Source: Candidatus Pacearchaeota archaeon (GTDB lineage Archaea > Nanobdellota > Nanobdellia > Pacearchaeales > GW2011-AR1). From it: DNA of 64,000 nt. The translations under genes and the position numbers were made by a program. How positions within the stretch are numbered: the first letter of the stretch is position 1; each line of letters starts with the position of its first letter. The stretch is from contig JAFCEJ010000001.1 of the NCBI GenBank assembly GCA_017609175.1, forward strand, positions 57,428 through 121,427, in the 5' to 3' direction. Positions 27,167-35,761 of the stretch are shown here, piece by piece. Under the pieces are notes generated by a model, which had not been told where the DNA came from, searched no databases, and saw nothing but the letters and a program-made list of their open reading frames with translations.

Positions 27167-29926
27167 ATGATGAATAAAGAATTACAAAAAGAGCGGGCTT
27201 TTGTTGGTCAAGATTATCAACAAAGAAAATCTCTTGAAGAAAAAATTAAAGAGAGATATTTTGTAGAAGATTGTGAGAGTGATTATGGAATAGGATATAA
27301 AATTTATGATAAAAAGAAAGATGAATATATATTCTTTAGTCCAAATGCTAGATTGACTTTAGAAACAAGATATTTTGAAAAAGATAAAAATAGAAAAGTT
27401 TCTGAGAATATACTTGACCTATTTGCAAGAGTTGCAGTCAATATTGCAGAAGCTGATTTAAAATATGACCCAAAAAAAGACATAAAGCCTATTGCTGAAG
27501 AATTTTTAGAAGTATTAATTTATAAAAAATTTATGCCAAATACCCCAACATTATGTAATGCAGGAAGATCGCTACAACAACTTTCTGCTTGTTTTGTTTT
27601 ACCTGTTGAAGATTATCTGGCAACAGATGATATTGGAGAAGATCCTGAAAAACAAGGGAATGGAATTTTTGATGCTTTAAGATATATGGCGATGATTCAC
27701 AAGAGCGGGGGCGGAACAGGATTTAATTTTTCACATTTAAGACCTAAAACAGATAGGATTGCTACAACATTTGGAAGCTCCAGCGGACCGGTATCTTTTA
27801 TGAAAATTTTTGATGCTTCAACAGAAGAAGTTAATCAGGGAGGATCTAGAAGGGGAGCAAATATGGGTATTTTAAACTATAATCATCCAGACATATTTGA
27901 ATTTACTGGAGAAAAAAGAAGAAATAAAACAATGAAAAACTTTAATCTTTCTGTAGGAGTCGATAGCGAATTTATGAAACAGCTTGAAAATGACGGCTAT
28001 TTTAAATTAATAAATCCAAAAAAGAAACTTTCTTTAGAAGAAAGAATCTGGAAATCAGAAAATCTTTTAAAAAAAGGATCTCCAGAATATGCAGAACTAT
28101 TTAGAGAGTTAGGCCCTTCTCTTGTAATTTCTGAAGATGGGAAAAAGGTGATAAATGTATATAATGATAAAGAAGTTGGGAAAGTTGACGACGATGGTTC
28201 TATACTAATTAGTGCCAGAGCGTTATTTGATGATATTGTAGAAAATGCGTGGGCAGAAGGCTGTCCAGGTATTGTTTTTTTAGATAGATTAGAAGAAAAT
28301 AATAAAACGCCACATATTGGAAGAATTGAATCTACAAATCCTTGTGGAGAACAACCACTTTTACCTTATGAAGCATGCAATCTTGGTGGAATTAATCTAG
28401 CAAATTGTGTAAAAGACGGTCAGATAGATTATGAAGAAATTGAAAGAAGAGTCAATTTAGGAATTCATTTTTTAGATAATGTTATTGATATGAGCAAATT
28501 TCCTTTTCAGAAAATTTATGAAAAAGTTCATGGAACAAGAAAAGTCGGTTTGGGTTTAATGGGGTGGGCAGAAATGCTAGCCCAATTAAAGATAGGTTAT
28601 GATAGCGATGAAGCTATTGAACTTGCTAAAAATATTTCTAAATATATAACTGAAACTGCAAGAAAAACTTCTGAAAAACTTGCTGAAGAAAGAGGAGTAT
28701 TTCCTTTTTGGGAAGGGAGTGTATGGGAAAAACAAGGAAAGAAAGTAAGAAATGCTACTGTAACAACAATTGCTCCAAACGGGACTACCGGAATGATTTG
28801 TGATGTAACAGGCGGCATTGAACCTTTTTTCAAACTAGCTTACAAAAAAGTCTGTATGGATGGAAGAGAATTAATTTATAGAGTTCCTTTACTTGAAAAG
28901 GATTTAAATGAAATATTAAAAGACGACCCCAAATCTTTAGAAAATTTATTAGAAGAAATTGATAAAGAAGGAACTATGCAAGATGTAGAATTAACCAATC
29001 CTGATTTAGAAAAATTAAAAGAAGTTTATAAAACAGCTCACGATATTTCTCCAGAATGGCATGTTAAAATGCAGGCTGCATTTCAATCAGGGATTGATAA
29101 TGCTGTTTCTAAAACTGTAAATCTTCCAAACGAAGCGACTATTGAAGATGTAAAAAGGATATATAAAATGGCTTATGAAGAAGGATGCGTTGGGATAACG
29201 ATATTTAGAGATGGTTGTAAAGAAGGAGTTTATAGTAAATTGGAGAAGAAAATTGAATTAGTCCAAAATAATGTAAAACCAGATAGAAGATTAGAAATAA
29301 AAGATCAGGCAACAAAATGCAAAGTAAAAAGGGTTCAAAATAAGGATAGTTTACATATCATCGTAACAAGTGATTTGTATGTGGATGATGAAGCACAAAA
29401 AGCCTATTTTGTTCCTGCAGAAATTTTTCAGGAAAGAGCTCCATTAGGAAATGCTCGAAGTGTAAGTTTTCAACAAGCAGGTATTGATAGGACAGAGATA
29501 TTAAAAGGCCCTGATCCAGATTATGCAGAAATTATTGGAAGACTTGAATCAGCATCATCAGATGAAGAAGAAGGTATTGGACCTATGAAAATAAAATCAA
29601 TTGAACATGCTGTTGGAATTGCTTTAGAATATTTTCTTTTGAAAAATGGGATTGTCGGGCATGATGAAACAGGACAATTGATAAATTTAGTAAGAAAAAG
29701 TAAGTTAAGAAAAGTTAAGCCAGATTCTGAAGAATATAAATCAATTTTATCACAAGTAGGAGCAAATAAAAATGAAGAAGAATTAATTGTTAGAGGAAAT
29801 CATGGAAAGTTGGGATACAAATTTGTTTGTGAATCGTGTGGATGTGAAGAATATACTTTTGAGGCCGGATGCAATCACCCCAAATGTAAAAAATGTGGAT
29901 GGGTTGCTGGAGGCGGTTGCGGATAA
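27167..29926 (+). CDS. nrdJ: adenosylcobalamin-dependent ribonucleotide reductase (class II, NrdJ)
   Basis: TPTLCNAGR, LSACFV, STNPCGEQPLLPYEACNLGGINL and TIAPNGTTG. C-terminal Cys-rich tail CESCGCEEY...CNHPKCKKCGW. Confidence 0.9.
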   Translation: MMNKELQKERAFVGQDYQQRKSLEEKIKERYFVEDCESDYGIGYKIYDKKKDEYIFFSPNARLTLETRYFEKDKNRKVSENILDLFARVAVNIAEADLKYDPKKDIKPIAEEFLEVLIYKKFMPNTPTLCNAGRSLQQLSACFVLPVEDYLATDDIGEDPEKQGNGIFDALRYMAMIHKSGGGTGFNFSHLRPKTDRIATTFGSSSGPVSFMKIFDASTEEVNQGGSRRGANMGILNYNHPDIFEFTGEKRRNKTMKNFNLSVGVDSEFMKQLENDGYFKLINPKKKLSLEERIWKSENLLKKGSPEYAELFRELGPSLVISEDGKKVINVYNDKEVGKVDDDGSILISARALFDDIVENAWAEGCPGIVFLDRLEENNKTPHIGRIESTNPCGEQPLLPYEACNLGGINLANCVKDGQIDYEEIERRVNLGIHFLDNVIDMSKFPFQKIYEKVHGTRKVGLGLMGWAEMLAQLKIGYDSDEAIELAKNISKYITETARKTSEKLAEERGVFPFWEGSVWEKQGKKVRNATVTTIAPNGTTGMICDVTGGIEPFFKLAYKKVCMDGRELIYRVPLLEKDLNEILKDDPKSLENLLEEIDKEGTMQDVELTNPDLEKLKEVYKTAHDISPEWHVKMQAAFQSGIDNAVSKTVNLPNEATIEDVKRIYKMAYEEGCVGITIFRDGCKEGVYSKLEKKIELVQNNVKPDRRLEIKDQATKCKVKRVQNKDSLHIIVTSDLYVDDEAQKAYFVPAEIFQERAPLGNARSVSFQQAGIDRTEILKGPDPDYAEIIGRLESASSDEEEGIGPMKIKSIEHAVGIALEYFLLKNGIVGHDETGQLINLVRKSKLRKVKPDSEEYKSILSQVGANKNEEELIVRGNHGKLGYKFVCESCGCEEYTFEAGCNHPKCKKCGWVAGGGCG

Positions 29927-29932
29927 TAAAAA

Positions 29933-30373
29933 ATGGTGAAATTAAAGATAAAAAGGATAAAAGATAATGCTATTCTCCCGAGATATGCTCATAAAGGTGA
30001 TGCAGGGATGGATATTTTTTCAACAGAAAGATATTTAATAAAACCTTTTGAAAGGTGCTTAATTTCTACAGGATTAAAAATTGAAATTCCAGAGGGTTAT
30101 GAACTGCAAATAAGACCGAGAAGCGGACTAGCATTGAAAAAAGGCATCTCACTTCCGAATAGTCCTGGAACGATTGATTCTGGTTATAGGGGAGAATTAG
30201 GAGTTATCTTAATTAATTACGGAAAAGAAGAATTTGAAATAAATCCTGGAGATAAAATTGCTCAGGCTGTTTTGAATAAAATTGAAAGTGCAGAAATTGA
30301 AGAAGTTGAGGAGATTTCAGCAACTTCTAGAGGGGAGGGGGGGTTTGGAAGTACTGGTTATTCAGCACACTAA
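29933..30373 (+). CDS. dut: dUTP diphosphatase (trimeric dUTPase)
   Basis: GDAGMDIFS, RSGLALKKGI, GTIDSGYRGELGVILIN and RGEGGFGSTG. Confidence 0.9.
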   Translation: MVKLKIKRIKDNAILPRYAHKGDAGMDIFSTERYLIKPFERCLISTGLKIEIPEGYELQIRPRSGLALKKGISLPNSPGTIDSGYRGELGVILINYGKEEFEINPGDKIAQAVLNKIESAEIEEVEEISATSRGEGGFGSTGYSAH

Positions 30374-30404
30374 TTTATTTAAACAAAAAGAAAATTAAAA
30401 GAAA

Positions 30405-31355
30405 ATGAAAAGTGAAACTGAGTTAAGTTATAGATATGAGGATAAAAGAGGAGAATATATTGTTAGCAAAGTTTCAAAAGGAAATCTTCCTGGAATTAAT
30501 ATTATTGCTAGAACTGTTCCAGAGGCATGGGAACTTGCAATGCTTTCTGTTTGGGATTATGGAGTTGAAGTTGGAACACACTATGATAAAAAGGGTGACC
30601 CTCCTAGCAAAGAAGCAACAGTTACAATTGAAATTGCAAATCCTTTTGCAGAACCAATGATTCATAAAAATTTCCCAGGAGGACCAGAAGAATTAGAAGT
30701 TTATAGACAAGAGGTTGTTGATGGAATCCATGACCATTGGATAAATCCTCAAGAAGGAAAATGGACATATACTTATCATGAACGGTTGTTTAATTATAAT
30801 CCAAGCAAAAATCTAAGAGCGGATAATAGAGGTTTGTTATTACCCAAAGGAATTAATCAGATAGAAAAAATCGTTGAAGATTTAAATAGGGATATTACAA
30901 GTAAGGGTGCGCAAGCAACAACATGGATGCCGACTGCAGACCCTGGTCTAGAAAGTAATAGGCCTTGTTTACAAAGAATATGGTTCAGGGCATTAGAAGA
31001 TGAAAATAAAGAATATACATTGAATATGAATGTAGATTTTAGAAGTAGAGATTTGTACAAAGCATGGTTTATGAATGTTCATGCTCTTAGAAGTTTACAG
31101 AAGAAAGTTGCAAACGATTTATCTGATAAAATTAAGAAAAAAGTTAAAATTGGAACTTACAGAGATAAAAGTGATTCCCTTCATATTTACGGAGCTTATT
31201 TTAAAGAAGTAGAAATAGAAATTGAAAAAATGAGAGACCCAAATATTGAAAATAGAGTTTGGAAATCTGATCATCCTGCATTTGCAATGATGATTGATGA
31301 AGCTAAAGAAAAATTAGCCAAAGATGTAGATTATTATAGGAAAGGTAGAAATTAA
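30405..31355 (+). CDS. thyA: thymidylate synthase ThyA-family protein (archaeal long form)
   Basis: NRPCLQRIWF (catalytic Cys) and NMNVDFRSRDLYKAWFMNV fit ThyA core motifs. Confidence 0.75.
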   Translation: MKSETELSYRYEDKRGEYIVSKVSKGNLPGINIIARTVPEAWELAMLSVWDYGVEVGTHYDKKGDPPSKEATVTIEIANPFAEPMIHKNFPGGPEELEVYRQEVVDGIHDHWINPQEGKWTYTYHERLFNYNPSKNLRADNRGLLLPKGINQIEKIVEDLNRDITSKGAQATTWMPTADPGLESNRPCLQRIWFRALEDENKEYTLNMNVDFRSRDLYKAWFMNVHALRSLQKKVANDLSDKIKKKVKIGTYRDKSDSLHIYGAYFKEVEIEIEKMRDPNIENRVWKSDHPAFAMMIDEAKEKLAKDVDYYRKGRN

Positions 31356-31389
31356 AAACTTTTATAAATGCCTTTATTTCTAAAAGACT

Positions 31390-31716
31390 ATGACAAATAA
31401 TGATAAAGTTCCAGAATTGAGTAAAGCAGAATTTGATGATTTTGTAAAAAAAGGTATTGTATTAATTGATTTTTTTGCAGAGTGGTGCATGCCATGTTTA
31501 ATGATGGCACCAGTTATAGATGAATTAAGTGAGAAATTTAAAGGAAAAATAAAATTTGGCAAAATAAATGTAGATGATAATCAAGAGCTTGCCCAAAGAT
31601 TTGATGTTAACTCTATTCCGAATTTTATCTTATTCAAAGAAGGAAAGAAAATAGAACAGTTTGTTGGAGGAATGCCTGAAGAGGAATTTACTGAAAAACT
31701 TGAAAAATTTATATAA
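31390..31716 (+). CDS. trx: thioredoxin (CMPC active site)
   Basis: IDFFAEWCMPCLMMAP, with typical Trx length and C-terminal FKEGKK..F.G. Confidence 0.85.
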   Translation: MTNNDKVPELSKAEFDDFVKKGIVLIDFFAEWCMPCLMMAPVIDELSEKFKGKIKFGKINVDDNQELAQRFDVNSIPNFILFKEGKKIEQFVGGMPEEEFTEKLEKFI

Positions 31717-31770
31717 ACTTCTGTTAGCCTAATTTAAAATTAAGAGTGTATTAAAAAAGTTATTAGCAAA

Positions 31771-31782
31771 TAATTTTTAAAC
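31771..31782 (+). promoter_or_regulatory. TATA-like box taatttttaaac upstream of the first copy of the tRNA-Lys 5' end
   Basis: Lies 24-35 nt upstream of 31806. There is no AT-rich box in the 86 nt before the mature tRNA start at 31892. Confidence 0.4.
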
Positions 31783-31805
31783 TATGATTTTTTAATTTTA
31801 TCAAT

Positions 31806-31819
31806 GGCTCCGTAGCTCA
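31806..31819 (+). repeat. exact 14-nt duplicate of the tRNA-Lys 5' end (GGCTCCGTAGCTCA)
   Basis: Identical to 31892-31905. Separated from it by a GC-rich 72-nt spacer that contains hairpins. Confidence 0.9.
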
Positions 31820-31891
31820 CGAGGGGCACCAAGGTTCCCCTTACGATAACCCCTCCTTTTTCGTAGGAGTGGATGAGAGCACATCGCCTAC

Positions 31892-31966
31892 GGCTCCGTA
31901 GCTCAGCCTGGTTAGAGCACTGGACTTTTAATCCAGGTGTCGGGGGTTCAAATCCCTCCGGGGCCA
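31892..31966 (+). tRNA. tRNA-Lys(UUU)
   Basis: Acceptor GGCTCCG/CGGGGCC, D arm GCTC-AGCCTGGTTA-GAGC, anticodon arm CTGGA-CTTTTAA-TCCAG, T arm GGGGG-TTCAAAT-CCCTC, discriminator A. Confidence 0.9.
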
Positions 31967-32095
31967 CTTAAATGTTATTAAAACCCAAAACTAAACGGAA
32001 AAGTTTATAAACCAATTTTAACTATCTTTTATTATTACAAAGTTGTTAAAGTTTTAATGACAATTTTGCAATTAAAGCCCCTCGAGCCTTAAAAA

Positions 32096-32290
32096 ATGCA
32101 TATTCTACAATCAAAACATTCTAAACTTAATGAAAGAGAGGTTAAGGAATTATTGGAAAAACTAAACATCTCTAAATCTCAATTGCCAAAAATATTATCT
32201 ACAGATCCTGCTTTGCCAGATGGTTGCAAAATTGGAGATATAATTAAAATAGAAAGAAAAGATGGAACTTTTTTTAGGGTGGTGATATGA
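32096..32290 (+). CDS. rpoH: RNA polymerase subunit Rpo5 (RpoH)
   Basis: 64 aa. ...LPKILSTDPALP....GDIIKIER...G...FRVV is typical of RpoH, and it sits immediately 5' of rpoB. Confidence 0.85.
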   Translation: MHILQSKHSKLNEREVKELLEKLNISKSQLPKILSTDPALPDGCKIGDIIKIERKDGTFFRVVI

Positions 32291-35200
32291 TGCAAAACAT
32301 AATAGAAAAAAATAAACATTTAATTGTAAAAAGATATTTGGAAGAACATTCACTTGTTGAATCAAATATTACTTCTTTTAATGAGTTCATTGAAAAAAGG
32401 ATGCAGGAAATCGTTGATGAAATTTCAGAAACAATTGATAATGAAGATTTTGAAATTGAGTTAGGAAAAATTAGTGTTGGTAAACCAGTCATTATAGAGG
32501 CTGATGGTTCTTCTTCTTTTATAACTCCTGCTGAAGCGCGGTTGAGAAACTTAACTTATTCTGCTCCCATTACTCTTGAATTAACTGTAAAAAAAGATGG
32601 ACAGGTTGATTCTGAAGTCGTTGAAATCGGCCGAATTCCGATTATGGTTAAGAGCAAAGCATGCAATACTTATGGCATGACAAAAGAAGAATTAATTCAA
32701 AACCACAACGATCCGCTAGATCCTGGAGGATATTTCATAATTAATGGGAATGAGAGAGTTATTGTTATGGCAGAAGATCTTGCAGAAAATCAGCCATTTA
32801 TAGAAACCAACAAAAAAGGTGAGTTAATGCTAAGGATGTTTTCTTTAAAAGGAACATACAGAATTCCTATTTCAATCACCGAAGACAAGGAAGGTATTTT
32901 TGAAGTTTCATTTAGCAGATTTAAAAATTTGCCTGCGATAATAATCCTAAAGGCATTAGGTTTAACAAAGGAGGCAGACATTGCAAAATTTATTGGAAAA
33001 GAAACAGACAATGTTATTGTTAATCTTTATGAATTTGCAAATATCGCAACACAAGAAGAGGCAATGATGTATATTGCTGAAAAAACATCTCTTCAAGGTA
33101 CAAAAAAAGAAATCCTTGACAGAATAAAACAAAGAATTGATTCTTATTTATTTCCGCATATTGGGAAATCAAAAGAAGACCGGATAAAAAAGGCTATTAC
33201 ATTATGTAAATTAATAAAACAATTTTTAGCGGCAAAACAAAAACCTGAACTGAAAACAGATAAAGACCATTATGCAAACAAAAGAGTTAGATTGTCAGGA
33301 GATTTGCTTGCAAGTTTATTCAGAGTTAATTTAGGAATTTTAATAAGAGATATAAAATATTCTTTACAAAAATCTTCCAAAAGAAAAAAATTCTATTCGA
33401 TTAAAACAATTGCAAAATCAACTTTATTCAGCCACAGAGTGGAATCTGCAATTGCAACAGGAAGCTGGATTGGTGAAAGAAGTGGGATTACTCAAAATAT
33501 GGACAAAACAAATTATCTTGCAACAATTTCTCAATTGCAAAGAGTTTCAAGTATGCTTCCAGGAGAACAAGAGAATTTTGCGGCAAGAACCTTGCATCCA
33601 ACACATTATGGAAGATTCTGTCCTATTGAAACTCCTGAAGGAACAGAAATTGGACTTAGAAAAAATCTTTCAATATTAAGCAAGGTATCTACGAGAATTG
33701 ATTTAGATGTAGACAAATTTTTAAAAGAGTTGAAATCAATTGGTTTAGGAGAAAATGGAATAGATGTTTTCTTAAACGGATTATTTATTGGTTGTGTTGA
33801 AAATCCTGAAGATTTTGTCAGAACAGTAAAAGAAAAAAGAAGAAATAATGAATTTCCTTCTGAAATGAGCATTAGACATGATCCTATTCTTGAAACAATT
33901 TCAATTTCAACAGAGGTTGGAAGAGTTTTAAGACCATTAATAATTGTTGAGAATGGGGTTTCAAAATTAAAGAATGAACATTTGATTGGTTTAGAACAGG
34001 GAACATTAAAATGGAAAGATTTAATCCAACAAGGAATCATAGAATATCTCGATGCTGCAGAAGAAGAAAATGCGCTTGTTGCCCTTATGCCTGAAGAAAT
34101 TACACCAGAGCATACACACCTTGAAATTGATTTGGTAGATTTATTAGGAGTTGTTACAAGTTTGGTTCCTTATGCAAATCATGACCAGAGTTCAAGATTA
34201 AACAGGGGTAGTAAAACACAAAAACAGGCTCTTGGATTATATGCTTCAAATTATCTTTGCAGACTTGATACAGATGTTAGTGTTTTAGAATATCCACAAA
34301 AACCAATTGTAAGAAGCTTTGTTTATGACACATTAAACACATATCCTGCCGGGCAGAATTTAATTGTTGCTATTATGACATATGAAGGTTATAATATGGA
34401 AGATGGTTTAATCCTTAATCAAGGAAGTGTAGATAGGGGAGTCGGAAGAAGTTTTTATTTTAGACCTTATTCTACAATCGAGATGAATTATGCTGGTGGA
34501 TTAAAAGATGAGATTAAGATTCCTGAAAAAGATACATCAGGTTATAAGACGGAATCGAGTTACAGATTTTTAGAAAATGATGGAATAATTTACCCAGAAG
34601 CAGAAGTTAATGAAGGGGAAGTTTTAATCGGTAAAATATCCCCGCCTAAATTCTTATCAGAAGCGAGAGAAATTTCTGTGAAGGCAACAAAAGAATCTAG
34701 TGTTGTTATAAGACAAGAAGAAAAAGGGGTTGTTGACGCTGTTTTCATAACAGAAGATGATGAAGGAAACAAAATTGTTCAGGTCAGAACACGTGACCAG
34801 AGAATCCCTGAATTAGGAGATAAATTTGCAACATCTCATGGGCAGAAAGGAGTTATTGGGGCAATTGTGCCAGAATCTGATATTCCATTCACTTCAAATG
34901 GGATAAAGCCAGACATAATATTTAATCCTCATGGTTTGCCAAGCCGTATGACTGTTGGTTATTTATTAGAATTATTAGCTGGTAAAGTTGGTTGTCTAAG
35001 CGGAAAAATTGTAGATAGCACTGCATTTTCTGGTGTCAGCAAAAAAGAACTTGAAGCGCAATTAAAAGAACTGGGATTTAGGTATGATGGTAAAGAAACA
35101 ATGTATAATGGAATAACAGGAAAAAGAATGAAAATGAAAATTTTTGTTGGAAATTTATATTATCTAAAATTGAAATATATGGTAAGTAATAAACTTCATG

Positions 35201-35547
35201 GTAGGGCTTCAGGTAAAATCGCATTGCTAACACGGCAGCCTGTTGAAGGTAGAGCAAGAGGTGGTGCTTTAAGATTAGGAGAAATGGAACAGCAGGCGTT
35301 AGTTGCGCATGGTGCTTCTCTTTTATTAAAAGAAAGGTATGATTCAGACAAAGTCATCTTACATATCTGTACAAAATGTGGGGCAATTGGAATTGAAGAT
35401 AATATAAGAAACAGAATTATTTGTCCTATCTGCAACAATGAGAATCTAGAACCTGTTGAAGTTTCATATGCATTTAAACTTTTAATGGAAGAATTGCAAG
35501 GATTGCATATCCACACAACATTTGAATTAAAAAACAAATATGAATAA
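32287..35547 (+). CDS. rpoB: RNA polymerase subunit Rpo2 (RpoB, unsplit)
   Basis: 1086 aa. GYFIINGNERVIV, SQLQRVSSMLP, GDKFATSHGQKGV, GGALRLGEMEQQAL, and a C-terminal zinc ribbon CTKCG...CPIC. Confidence 0.95.
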   Translation: MMQNIIEKNKHLIVKRYLEEHSLVESNITSFNEFIEKRMQEIVDEISETIDNEDFEIELGKISVGKPVIIEADGSSSFITPAEARLRNLTYSAPITLELTVKKDGQVDSEVVEIGRIPIMVKSKACNTYGMTKEELIQNHNDPLDPGGYFIINGNERVIVMAEDLAENQPFIETNKKGELMLRMFSLKGTYRIPISITEDKEGIFEVSFSRFKNLPAIIILKALGLTKEADIAKFIGKETDNVIVNLYEFANIATQEEAMMYIAEKTSLQGTKKEILDRIKQRIDSYLFPHIGKSKEDRIKKAITLCKLIKQFLAAKQKPELKTDKDHYANKRVRLSGDLLASLFRVNLGILIRDIKYSLQKSSKRKKFYSIKTIAKSTLFSHRVESAIATGSWIGERSGITQNMDKTNYLATISQLQRVSSMLPGEQENFAARTLHPTHYGRFCPIETPEGTEIGLRKNLSILSKVSTRIDLDVDKFLKELKSIGLGENGIDVFLNGLFIGCVENPEDFVRTVKEKRRNNEFPSEMSIRHDPILETISISTEVGRVLRPLIIVENGVSKLKNEHLIGLEQGTLKWKDLIQQGIIEYLDAAEEENALVALMPEEITPEHTHLEIDLVDLLGVVTSLVPYANHDQSSRLNRGSKTQKQALGLYASNYLCRLDTDVSVLEYPQKPIVRSFVYDTLNTYPAGQNLIVAIMTYEGYNMEDGLILNQGSVDRGVGRSFYFRPYSTIEMNYAGGLKDEIKIPEKDTSGYKTESSYRFLENDGIIYPEAEVNEGEVLIGKISPPKFLSEAREISVKATKESSVVIRQEEKGVVDAVFITEDDEGNKIVQVRTRDQRIPELGDKFATSHGQKGVIGAIVPESDIPFTSNGIKPDIIFNPHGLPSRMTVGYLLELLAGKVGCLSGKIVDSTAFSGVSKKELEAQLKELGFRYDGKETMYNGITGKRMKMKIFVGNLYYLKLKYMVSNKLHGRASGKIALLTRQPVEGRARGGALRLGEMEQQALVAHGASLLLKERYDSDKVILHICTKCGAIGIEDNIRNRIICPICNNENLEPVEVSYAFKLLMEELQGLHIHTTFELKNKYE

Positions 35548-35758
35548 AATGGAAAACAACTCAAATAATATAGCAGAATTAGAAAAAGCAATTAGAAACA
35601 ATAATAGATGCCCTAAATTAGATGGGGATTGTGGAATTATTGAATATTTAATGGGAAGGCTTTCGAATAATGGAAATAAACCAGAAGAATTAAGAAAAAT
35701 ATTTTGCGAATCAATTTATCATAATTTATGCAAATATTTGGTGGAGGGGGATAAATAA
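35540..35758 (+). CDS. hypothetical 72-aa protein embedded between rpoB and rpoA
   Basis: ORF overlaps the rpoB stop by 8 nt and ends 3 nt before the rpoA ATG. Four Cys. No motif recognised. Confidence 0.45.
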   Translation: MNKMENNSNNIAELEKAIRNNNRCPKLDGDCGIIEYLMGRLSNNGNKPEELRKIFCESIYHNLCKYLVEGDK

Positions 35759-35761
35759 AAA

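Noticed and set aside
31782-31967. 61-aa minus-strand ORF in the track.
   Set aside because: It is the antisense shadow of tRNA-Lys and its GC-rich leader.
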